Source: Escherichia phage OliverMaurmann_Bas86
Direction: 5' to 3' (one strand)
Length of the DNA: 64,000 nucleotides
Sequence record: PQ850622.1
The notes below the pieces were generated by a model. The model did no database searches, was not told the origin of the DNA, and was given only the letters and a program-made list of their open reading frames with translations. Below, in pieces: positions 54,950-62,367 of the stretch. Both the position numbers and the translations under genes were made by a program. Within the stretch, counting starts at the first letter, position 1; every line of letters begins with the position of its first letter.

Positions 54950-55336
54950 TCAGTCACGGGAGCTATTATTGAACACTAAATCACCACAATACATCGGATT
55001 GGTATACCACTTTGGCACCCCTTCGCTCTTACTCTGAAAGTATGTACCGCTGTACAAAGGCACATAATCTTTCTTCAGTGCACGTCTTGCAAGCCGCTCG
55101 CTCTCTCTGATTGATCTCTTTATCAGAGAGTTATCATCACGAATTAGCTTTACATAACGCTTAAAAGGTTTCTCCTTCTTTAATAGGACGGGTATCCACT
55201 CGAACTGGTTTCGTTGATTTATAACCTGCTCGGCAGTCAGTTTTCGTTGTGACATTCTGTTTATTACGGTATCCGCTACTAATGCTTTGCAAGCGGTTGG
55301 CTGATTCCCTGCCTCATAATAAATAGTCAATGTCAA
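54950..55336 (-). CDS. SleB-type cell wall hydrolase (Hydrolase_2) homolog
   Basis: IYYEAGNQP..ALVADTVINRM..VINQRNQFEW matches E-A..AV..V-x-NR..V-x-x-x-x-QF. TTG start; the upstream frame is open to 55363. Confidence 0.65.
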   Translation of the reverse strand: MTLTIYYEAGNQPTACKALVADTVINRMSQRKLTAEQVINQRNQFEWIPVLLKKEKPFKRYVKLIRDDNSLIKRSIRESERLARRALKKDYVPLYSGTYFQSKSEGVPKWYTNPMYCGDLVFNNSSRD

Positions 55337-55389
55337 AAGTAGCTGGGCTGTCGTTATCAGAACTTACTACCCCCTTGTTTTACGGGCAT

Positions 55390-55415
55390 AAAAAAGCCCC
55401 ATCCGAAGACGGGGC
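55390..55415 (-). terminator. Rho-independent terminator (third of three)
   Basis: Minus strand reads GCCCCGTC-ttcg-GATGGGGC followed by TTTTTTAT. Confidence 0.85.
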
Positions 55416-55470
55416 GACCTGAAAGAGTGAACATGACCTCACTCATTTAAGAATCCTCGAAAAGACTCTT

Positions 55471-55494
55471 AAAAAAGCGGCCTCGTTAAAGGCC
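55471..55494 (-). terminator. Rho-independent terminator (second of three)
   Basis: Minus strand reads GGCCT-ttaacg-AGGCC-gc followed by TTTTTT. Confidence 0.65.
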
Positions 55495-55574
55495 CGGTCA
55501 AATGACCATCCAATAGGGGTTGAACCATGCCAATGATTCACAAAGGGAGTTCCCTTTAGGTATCACTAGCTACG

Positions 55575-55596
55575 CAAAAAGCCGCACAAAGGCGGC
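55575..55596 (-). terminator. Rho-independent terminator (first of three)
   Basis: Minus strand reads GCCGC-ctttgt-GCGGC followed by TTTTTG. Confidence 0.65.
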
Positions 55597-55655
55597 AGAC
55601 ACAAAGACGCTCAAGAAGAGCGTCATAGTAGTTGACTACTGGTACAGAAGAGGGC

Positions 55656-56099
55656 TTACTTAACTCTTGCTGTTTTGAGTGGGTCAATATATTTTTCAAC
55701 TCCCCACTTATGCTTACTATCAGCGTAGAAAACATCTGGTGCACATTGGCTAGTAGTAGGAAATGCTTTCGGTGGCTTAGTGCTACCTTTATTCTTCTGC
55801 TTACCTTTAGTGCGACCGTTACAAAAGATTTCTAAACGTTTTTCTTGTTCTGTTTTTGCTGCACCGTTGGTTAACAGAGAACGCTTGTGATCAGCAAGAA
55901 GAAGAGCATCAGCACGATGAACACGACGACCTAACACCTTCGCTACGGTAGAAGGTTTATGTTCTTGAGCGGCTTGTTTGATAGCTCTTCGTTTAAGGCT
56001 ACGTTTGCTAATATGGTTAACAGCGGCTGGCTTTTCTTTTTCCAGCTCACTCATAGAGAACACTCGTCCGCCTTTCATGCTGATTTTAGATTTAGCCAT
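55656..56099 (-). CDS. Basic hypothetical protein
   Basis: 147-aa K/R-rich ORF. A TATAAT hexamer at 56128-56133 (minus) lies upstream. Confidence 0.55.
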   Translation of the reverse strand: MAKSKISMKGGRVFSMSELEKEKPAAVNHISKRSLKRRAIKQAAQEHKPSTVAKVLGRRVHRADALLLADHKRSLLTNGAAKTEQEKRLEIFCNGRTKGKQKNKGSTKPPKAFPTTSQCAPDVFYADSKHKWGVEKYIDPLKTARVK

Positions 56100-56169
56100 T
56101 TCTTTATTCCTTTCGCTGATAAATTATATCGTGCAAGCCTTACCACATAGCAAGGCTTAACCAAATAAC

Positions 56170-56379
56170 TTAATCAATTAAACTAAACGATTTCCAACTA
56201 CGTGTAATTGCTACCTTTTCGCCATCAAAGAGAACACTTACAGAGATCAGTTTACCGCGACAACTGGATACCGTGGTAATACGTCCGGTTAATGCCTTAC
56301 CTTTATTCAGGTAGTGATAGCGGACACGACGTCCTAACAAACGAGTAGCTTTCTTCTCTAACGTGCTTAAGCTGGTCAT
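56170..56379 (-). CDS. Small hypothetical protein
   Basis: 69-aa ORF whose start overlaps the upstream stop. Confidence 0.5.
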   Translation of the reverse strand: MTSLSTLEKKATRLLGRRVRYHYLNKGKALTGRITTVSSCRGKLISVSVLFDGEKVAITRSWKSFSLID

Positions 56380-56600
56380 TAAATAGCCCCTTTATATTGG
56401 AGTGATCTTACACGACGATACATAACAGTTGATGCACTAATCGCCGCTTGTTTTCTTTCGTGCTCATGCTGATTCTTTCGAATCTTATCCATCTCGGCAT
56501 CATTACGACGACGTTGTAAGATTCTGCTACATTTGCGATGGTTATTATTAGCACGTGCTTTCTTACAGATAGGGCACAAATGGGATTGAGTTAAGATCAT
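56379..56600 (-). CDS. Small basic Cys-containing protein
   Basis: HLCPICKK..HRKC, then R/K-rich. Confidence 0.5.
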   Translation of the reverse strand: MILTQSHLCPICKKARANNNHRKCSRILQRRRNDAEMDKIRKNQHEHERKQAAISASTVMYRRVRSLQYKGAI

Positions 56601-56830
56601 TTGCGTAACCCCAGCTTACGAAGGAATCGGCCTAACTTAGTTTCTTGCGTGATAGTGTAAGTAACAGAGTTATCAATCAAGGCTTGTTCTTGAATCGGCG
56701 ACGGATACCATTCACCGGTAAGAATGCATTTGCATTCGATTCCATATCTATCGGTTTTACGATAGGTCATATTGTTTAAGATATTACGATACATCTTAAC
56801 TTCTGTTTTCAATTTTGGCATGGTGATCAT
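56597..56830 (-). CDS. Small hypothetical protein
   Basis: 77-aa ORF, coupled. Confidence 0.5.
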   Translation of the reverse strand: MITMPKLKTEVKMYRNILNNMTYRKTDRYGIECKCILTGEWYPSPIQEQALIDNSVTYTITQETKLGRFLRKLGLRK

Positions 56831-56875
56831 CTCTTTTTAGTTTCTTTGATTAGCACACTGAATCAATGCACTAGT

Positions 56876-56908
56876 AAAAGAAAAGGCGCTACCCTTTCGA
56901 ATAGCGCC
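56876..56908 (-). terminator. Rho-independent terminator
   Basis: Minus strand reads GGCGCTA-N10-TAGCGCC followed by TTTTCTTTT. Confidence 0.8.
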
Positions 56909-56927
56909 CCATGTGTTTTATTGTTGG

Positions 56928-57830
56928 TTATGCTGCCAGTTGGCGTGCCGCCATAATCTCGGCAGCTTTGCGTAACACTTCCTCTTCTTCCTGCGCAGCT
57001 TTCTCATTAGCTTTGACAGTTGAAGCGTTTGAGATACGACCGCGAAGGTTAGACAATTTTTCAGTCATTTCATTGATCACCTTTTCCATTTCATCGGCGT
57101 ACGAGTCCAGAGATTCAAGCTCTTTAGTTGAGGCATTAATCAGGTAGTCATCGCTGATAGAAACAGTTGAAGCGGTTACTTTCTTAAGGAGTGAATCGAA
57201 AGTTTTCTTAACTTTGCCTACTTCTTCACTCAATGCGATAGTATTGTCAGAAGATGCGCCGTTGCGTTCATCTGCCAGTAGTGCCGCTTCAATACGGATT
57301 GCAGCCAGACGGTCAACCAGTGCATAAATATCCTGATTAAAGTTTTCGTTAACCTTCTGGTTGATCTGGTTTGCTACCGGAACATTGTCGTTGCAACCTT
57401 TGTAGAATGCTGGGTTATCAACCTGCACGTCTTCACCTTTAGCAAAGCGTTCAAAGGAATTAGACCAGCGGGCGCGGTTTTGTTCCATTTTGGCCTTAAC
57501 TTGTTCCGGTTTAGCATCCTCTTTCGCTTTCGCTTCACCTTCCAGATTAATCCATTTCTTTTTACCGTTCGCCCCGTCGCTGTTGTACTTGATCGGGGTT
57601 AAGAAAGAGATGGCAACCGCAATCACGTCTAAGTCACGATAACGCTCAGTTAACAAGAAATCAACCGCCGCCTGCAATACATCCAGTTTCTTACCGTTGG
57701 TGCGGAAGTGCTGCAAATGGCCTAACAGGAAGTTAGAAACATCTTGTTTGATTGCCGCGTTGTTGCTACGAATGTTGTTAGCCAGTGCATTAAAGCCGGA
57801 TTCGTTAACCAGATTAAAAACTTTAGCCAT
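56928..57830 (-). CDS. Helical early protein of unknown function (300 aa)
   Basis: ATG at 57830 behind ggtga (the track start at 57839 is GTG). First long gene after the promoter/boxA array. Confidence 0.6.
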   Translation of the reverse strand: MAKVFNLVNESGFNALANNIRSNNAAIKQDVSNFLLGHLQHFRTNGKKLDVLQAAVDFLLTERYRDLDVIAVAISFLTPIKYNSDGANGKKKWINLEGEAKAKEDAKPEQVKAKMEQNRARWSNSFERFAKGEDVQVDNPAFYKGCNDNVPVANQINQKVNENFNQDIYALVDRLAAIRIEAALLADERNGASSDNTIALSEEVGKVKKTFDSLLKKVTASTVSISDDYLINASTKELESLDSYADEMEKVINEMTEKLSNLRGRISNASTVKANEKAAQEEEEVLRKAAEIMAARQLAA

Positions 57831-57898
57831 GATATTCACCTTTCAATTGTAAGGGCACTATGCCCCCGCTCTCTATGAGCTTTTTAAGTCACTATTGA

Positions 57899-57938
57899 CT
57901 TATCAATAATCACTCAATATCAAGTAATTATTGATAAG
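57899..57938. repeat. Perfect 12-bp inverted repeat with 16-nt spacer
   Basis: CTTATCAATAAT (57899-910) and ATTATTGATAAG (57927-938), 70-110 nt upstream of ATG 57830. Confidence 0.8.
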
Positions 57939-58650
57939 CGAGGCGGTCTTATCAGGAGTTAACCTTGCCGCCTCCTTATCCGTGATGTTTCATCTGGTAT
58001 CTTTAATTAGTCGCTATAAATAAAGCCGACCTGATAGCGATGATCAATCATCACAATAAGGCAGTGCGTCCGACTCTATTTAATTACTTTATCGTAACCG
58101 TCGGCAATATCGTCTACTTTGCTTTCGCTCCCGCCTATCCTTTTGTACTAACTCTCAATCGCTAACCATCGCCCACTACGGGAGGTTATTGCGAAAGAGT
58201 CATTAGCCGTCTAATGCATTGACGTTTTATATCTTTCAGCAGGTTTACTACATAAACTGATTATGTACGCCATCAATAGTGGCCTCAAATCATTCACATC
58301 GTAAACGTTCACACTAAACCTTATTGTTAAATAGCAATTTGCCACTTTTTAACCATTCACCGCCGCCCCCAATTGGGCGTTAATTCGTCGGATTTGCCTA
58401 CCCTGATAAACTTCTTTCACTGTAGCACCTTGTTAGCGATGGCCGCCGCTACCCTTTAACCGTGGGCGATTAGTTTAGGCCGTTGCGTGTACTCAATGAA
58501 TCCGTTTTATCAGTGGTGACGTTTCCAGTTAAGGGATTGTAAAAACTGTTTACCCTGATAATTTAGGGAGTCTTACGCCGTTTTATCTGGTATGTTTTCC
58601 GATGGTTATTATCATCCAACATATTCAACCGATATAGGAGAATGTTTAAA

Positions 58651-58663
58651 TTGTTAAAGAGCG
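58651..58663 (-). promoter_or_regulatory. rrn-type boxA-like element, copy a (CGCTCTTTAACAA)
   Basis: Minus strand reads CCGCTCTTTAACAATTTAAAC. Hairpin AGTGTG/CACACT (58675-92) lies just upstream on the transcript. Confidence 0.65.
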
Positions 58664-58750
58664 GTAAATCTATCAGTGTGCTTTCTCACACTATGCAACT
58701 GTTAGCCGTTGTTACGCTTTTCTTAAGCGGTGAATTGCTTAAGTGTGCTC

Positions 58751-58779
58751 ATTATGAATCATGCTGTTTTAGCTGTCAA
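58751..58779 (-). promoter_or_regulatory. Sigma70-type promoter P-a
   Basis: TTGACA (58779-74), 17-nt spacer, CATAAT (58756-51). A-rich upstream flank. Confidence 0.65.
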
Positions 58780-58881
58780 CCGCTTTTTTAATCTTTTTCG
58801 TCGTTCCCTTTATTGGGAGGATATATCAATCAGCTATATTTGATTGAAGATTAAGCGGTAAGGCTTAACTCACGATTCATA

Positions 58882-58894
58882 TTTTTAAAGAGCG
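58882..58894 (-). promoter_or_regulatory. rrn-type boxA-like element, copy b (CGCTCTTTAAAAA)
   Basis: One mismatch to copy a. Confidence 0.55.
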
Positions 58895-58917
58895 GTGTTT
58901 CTTACTGCTTGGTGAAC

Positions 58918-58944
58918 ATTCTATCAGAGTGTTCACCTTGTCAA
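58918..58944 (-). promoter_or_regulatory. Sigma70-type promoter P-b (extended -10)
   Basis: TTGACA (58944-39), 15-nt spacer, TG-a-TAGAAT (58923-18). Confidence 0.55.
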
Positions 58945-59016
58945 CTCTTTTTATCATCTTCTTTTATTCTATTCCCTTATCTCGCTTGAATCTATGCGAA
59001 AGGGCAAGATGATAAA

Positions 59017-59029
59017 TTGTTAAAGAGCG
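59017..59029 (-). promoter_or_regulatory. rrn-type boxA-like element, copy c (CGCTCTTTAACAA + TTTATCA)
   Basis: Minus strand reads GGCAC-tta-GTGCC-CCGCTCTTTAACAATTTATCATC. The hairpin at 59031-59043 immediately precedes it. Confidence 0.7.
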
Positions 59030-59075
59030 GGGCACTAAGTGCCGGATGTTTCAAGTCATCGCTGACCGTGTGAAC

Positions 59076-59103
59076 ATCTTATCATAGTGATTCGATGTGT
59101 CAA
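59076..59103 (-). promoter_or_regulatory. Sigma70-type promoter P-c (extended -10)
   Basis: TTGACA (59103-098), 16-nt spacer, TG-a-TAAGAT (59081-76). AAAAATAG lies upstream. Confidence 0.65.
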
Positions 59104-59165
59104 CAACTATTTTTCGATTAATGCATCTTGATAAACTAGCGACCGTTAAGGCCGCTAACCTTACC

Positions 59166-59366
59166 TTAGTTCATACGTTTAAAGGTTAAATCTTTATCCG
59201 TACTTACCAGCGATAACACCGCAATAGCTTTGCCTTTATCGGCATCGGCTACCATCTCTTTTGCCTGCTGTAATGTACTACCGACTATTCTCATAATCAT
59301 GTTAGTAACGTTAATGCTAGTGCAAGTGATTTGCGTGTCTTTGCTTGAGAAGGTGTAGATGTTCAT
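59166..59366 (-). CDS. Small hypothetical protein
   Basis: ATG at 59366 behind gagga is preferred over the track start at 59405. Confidence 0.5.
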   Translation of the reverse strand: MNIYTFSSKDTQITCTSINVTNMIMRIVGSTLQQAKEMVADADKGKAIAVLSLVSTDKDLTFKRMN

Positions 59367-59420
59367 TGATAAATCCTCGTTATGGCATGGTTGAGAGTTT
59401 ATCAAGATACACTAATCGAA

Positions 59421-59433
59421 TTATTAAAGAGCA
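59421..59433 (-). promoter_or_regulatory. rrn-type boxA-like element, copy d (TGCTCTTTAATAA)
   Basis: Preceded on the transcript by hairpin GGCTA-gatgtt-TAGCC (59450-35). Confidence 0.6.
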
Positions 59434-59491
59434 AGGCTAAACATCTAGCCTATCAGGAGGTAACTTACTGCATCGCGTCCTGACAAGATTC

Positions 59492-59519
59492 AATATACAC
59501 TATCCTAAAACCGTTGCAA
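59492..59519 (-). promoter_or_regulatory. Sigma70-type promoter P-d
   Basis: TTGCAA (59519-14), 16-nt spacer, TATATT (59497-92). Confidence 0.5.
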
Positions 59520-59681
59520 GCCTTTTTCTAAAATAATTTCACTTTCTTTTAGGTATAGAGGAACACGCGCACGAATAACATCAAGGGAGGAAGAAAACAA
59601 GCATTATAATCAAAAGCTAGGCATGTAGGAGGCGTTCTAACGAGATAAACAGGGGCAAGATGTGCAATCACCTTAGAAATG

Positions 59682-59705
59682 AAAAAAGCGCCTCAAAAGG
59701 GCGCT
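59682..59705 (-). terminator. Rho-independent terminator
   Basis: Minus strand reads AGCGCC-cttttg-aGGCGCT followed by TTTTTC. Confidence 0.8.
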
Positions 59706-59725
59706 TAGAGAGTCTTACGGGTTGG

Positions 59726-60052
59726 TTACGGATTGGTGCAAGTGCCGTTACCTGATGCTATTTCGTTCATCGACTCATCGAACAACGTCATGCTAGACCG
59801 CATCATGTGATCAATGGTGATTTGCTTGCCTGTTGTCTGATTGACCAGCATTGCAGACTTACTATCAACTATCTTGCTGTCGTAGTCGTTCAGGTCAATC
59901 AATATTGCCTTGCTGGACTTCTTGCCAGTGTCGTAGTTTTCCATTAGATAGGTGCATTGCAGACCATCTAAACTGGCCTCGTTGAATACGGCAGCATGTG
60001 ACACGGAAGAAACAGCGAACAAGGCAGCACATACAGCTAATTTAATTTTCAT
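59726..60052 (-). CDS. Secreted (Sec signal peptide) small protein
   Basis: MKIKLAVCAALFAVSSVSHA-AV. Confidence 0.6.
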   Translation of the reverse strand: MKIKLAVCAALFAVSSVSHAAVFNEASLDGLQCTYLMENYDTGKKSSKAILIDLNDYDSKIVDSKSAMLVNQTTGKQITIDHMMRSSMTLFDESMNEIASGNGTCTNP

Positions 60053-60145
60053 GATTCAACCTCAAGAAGAACGTGCAACAAAGAAAAACAAGTCATAGAT
60101 AAATGCTATGATACAGAGAACTAACAGACAATGCAAAAAAAATAC

Positions 60146-60421
60146 TTATGTAACATTACTCACCACTTTATCTAGATGATCATCGAACGTTTCACAAATG
60201 GATTGCACTTCGTCAATATCTAGTAACAGACCGTGACGGGCAAAGAATTGAGCTAACTCAAGATAATCCGCACCAATAAGCATGACACCATTGAAAGGGG
60301 CGATCTTAACATCTTGAGATGTTACCAATAATAAATTACCAATATCAGCAATAGCATCATAATTCAGTGTAACGCCTACGCCGTAATTATGTGTTTCAAT
60401 AATGGCGATAGTTTCCATCAT
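60146..60421 (-). CDS. Hypothetical protein
   Basis: 91-aa ORF whose start overlaps the upstream stop. Confidence 0.5.
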   Translation of the reverse strand: MMETIAIIETHNYGVGVTLNYDAIADIGNLLLVTSQDVKIAPFNGVMLIGADYLELAQFFARHGLLLDIDEVQSICETFDDHLDKVVSNVT

Positions 60422-60669
60422 TAGTTATCCTCGATAGTCAATAACTCTTCCAGCGATAAGCCAGATTTAACCAGCAAATCACGATACTCGTTAGCATCCA
60501 TCGGATCGAGGCCGGACAATTGAGCGATGGTCATGCGTGCACGTAATGAAGGTAAGGAAACTAAAGCACGGATAGGGATCAATACAAGCCCATATTTACC
60601 ACTGATAACTAAATCACCGTGCTGGATGCACATATGAGCATTTACTACGATTGCAAATGATTCATTCAC
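60421..60669 (-). CDS. Hypothetical protein
   Basis: 82-aa ORF, coupled. Confidence 0.5.
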   Translation of the reverse strand: MNESFAIVVNAHMCIQHGDLVISGKYGLVLIPIRALVSLPSLRARMTIAQLSGLDPMDANEYRDLLVKSGLSLEELLTIEDN

Positions 60670-61166
60670 TGGATAGCCTCACAATTAGCAAAGTTAATAA
60701 AGGTTGTATAAACTGCTACACCGTCATTGTAAGCAGTGGTAGCGAGTACAGTTTCACTCACATCCCCATAACTAACGAGATTCGTTACGAACTGTAATTT
60801 CTCTTTCTCGACCTTCTGATATAGAGAGTAAGTCACCATATCTTGATCACTATCAGCACGTTTCAATTTAATGACTGACTGAGTGCCAGATTTCTCGCCC
60901 AATGGGGTAAGAGTGACACGCACATTAGCGGTAGTGACTTCATTGAAGTGTACACGCCAGAAGGCATCATTACCATCACTACCAACGTCACGGCAGACCA
61001 TATCAGGAGCATTCTTAAACGTGCTAACAAAGGATTGCAGACCTGTAGGAGCGGATAACGCTTTATCATCTTTAGCCTGAACATTGGTAGCGATAGCACT
61101 AACACCGATAGCTGCAACCAGTGCATAGGACGCTAGATTGATAGCCTGCATTGCTTTGATAGCCAT
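60666..61166 (-). CDS. Secreted protein (signal peptide)
   Basis: ATG at 61166 behind aggag. MAIKAMQAINLASYALVAAIGVSAIATNVQA-KD. Confidence 0.6.
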   Translation of the reverse strand: MAIKAMQAINLASYALVAAIGVSAIATNVQAKDDKALSAPTGLQSFVSTFKNAPDMVCRDVGSDGNDAFWRVHFNEVTTANVRVTLTPLGEKSGTQSVIKLKRADSDQDMVTYSLYQKVEKEKLQFVTNLVSYGDVSETVLATTAYNDGVAVYTTFINFANCEAIQ

Positions 61167-61300
61167 TATTACTACTCCTGATAAATGAAAGATTGTTTGT
61201 CGTGTGTAGTTACTTAGGCTGATCAACCTTCACTACTCACTATCACCGCTAACTACTTTACATCACTGCTTCATTAACGATAATTCAAACTACGATTGCA

Positions 61301-61328
61301 ACTATATATTAAAGGAAAAACATGTCAA
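61301..61328 (-). promoter_or_regulatory. Sigma70-type promoter P-e (leftmost-operon start)
   Basis: TTGACA (61328-23), 16-nt spacer, TATAGT (61306-01). Confidence 0.6.
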
Positions 61329-61617
61329 CCACTTATTTTCAAACTATTTCATAAGTCACTGAATATAAAAGGAATTTAATTTACTAAACTTTCTTGTTCA
61401 GAGATACAGCTTACCAAATAGATGTTATTTTATAACACTTACAGAACGGGTAGCAGACCAACGGGATAGATAGATGGGTAAGACGTGCCGCATAGGTTAG
61501 CCAATGGGTAAGAAGCCTAACGAGGAAGGGGAAACGGGTAGGATATAATGTAAGTTAGTTACAGGTAACAGGTCAGACCATGCGGTGATAAATTACCAGT
61601 CAAATTCCCTACTCATC

Positions 61618-61690
61618 AAAAGAAAAAAGAAACGCTGAAAAAGAAAAGAATAAAAGAAAGAATAAAAATAATAACTAAAGTAAACAACTA
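61618..61690 (+). repeat. A-rich, nearly all-purine tract
   Basis: AAAAGAAAAAAGAAACGCTGAAAAAGAAAAGAATAAAAGAAAGAATAAAAATAATAACTAAAG, lying between the two iteron clusters. Confidence 0.8.
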
Positions 61691-62202
61691 CCAGTCTAAA
61701 CATACATACATCAATAATCCACTCATGAATAATCACATAAGTTATTACATTCAAACTATGGGGGATGGTCATCAATGGTATAGTTTACATAGGTTATCAT
61801 TAATGTTCTTACTATTAATACCGGTTAGTTATAGTCTTCTATTAGTATGCCTGTACAGTGCTAGCCTTTCATCCCTTCTCAATATGAGTAAGAGAAATAC
61901 GGGTGGGAGAATACTGGTTAGATATACATGGGTATTAAATAGATGGCTTATATCAATGGGTAGGGTATTTATGGGTAGGCATACCTCTGATAGCAGGTAG
62001 GGCAAGGATTAGAGCTTAAAGGCTGATTGATTTCCTAAAGGCGATTGCATTCCCTATAACCCTTTTTTAAATGAGGACTCCCCCTTTTACCAAAACACGC
62101 TCGGAGGGGCTAGGTCCACTCGGTCAAATCAGAATTTTAAACTCTTATATATAACTATATGCCCCAACGTTAGTTGTGGATTTAAGAATAAGGAACTATT
62201 TT

Positions 62203-62367
62203 ATGTGGAAGATTAAGTTACTACTTAAGCAATTCAAATGTAATCACGAGTACTATCCAATCCGGATATCAAGAGGTGATGAACGATTACACACTTATTA
62301 CAAGAGTACATGGAGATGTGCAGACTGTGGTAAGGTGAGGAATAGTAAATGGGTGGATAGGCCTTAA
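62203..62367 (+). CDS. Small zinc-ribbon protein (same family as 52480/52698/52872)
   Basis: ATG at 62203 behind aaggaa. MWKIKLLLKQFKCNHEYYP..WRCADCGKV. Confidence 0.5.
   Translation: MWKIKLLLKQFKCNHEYYPIRISRGDERLHTYYKSTWRCADCGKVRNSKWVDRP

Noticed and set aside
55424-55450. 29-aa ORF (MSEVMFTLSGRPVFGWGFFMPVKQGGSKF) starting at about 55450 and reading through terminator 55390-55415
   Set aside because: It has a plausible AGGA RBS, but it is very short, overlaps a terminator stem and has no supporting conservation that I can assess. It is mentioned only as an alternative to the small-RNA interpretation.
55556-55744. Track ORF 55556..55744 (62 aa)
   Set aside because: It overlaps the 3' end of the 147-aa gene and runs through a terminator hairpin. 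No RBS is present.
57851-57885. Plus-strand GGGCA-cta-TGCCC-CCGCTCTCTATGAGCTTTTT resembling the hairpin+boxA unit in inverted orientation
   Set aside because: The sequence is CGCTCTCTATGA, which is not boxA-like beyond six nucleotides, and it lies on the non-transcribed strand. It may simply be a plus-strand terminator-like hairpin.
58640-59440. Possibility that the repeated 13-nt boxes form a CRISPR array
   Set aside because: The repeats are only 13 nt and imperfect, with irregular spacing of about 135-400 nt. Each is tied to a promoter, and there are no cas genes.
61544-61549. TATAAT hexamer (plus strand) as a rightward sigma70 promoter
   Set aside because: There is no acceptable -35 or extended -10 element at the right spacing, and the hexamer is embedded in the iteron cluster.
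61593-62000. ORFs 61593..61775 (-) and 61725..62000 (+)
   Set aside because: They are translations of the A-rich purine tract and iteron region (FFFLL.., LLLI.. low complexity) and have no RBS. The region is treated as non-coding.
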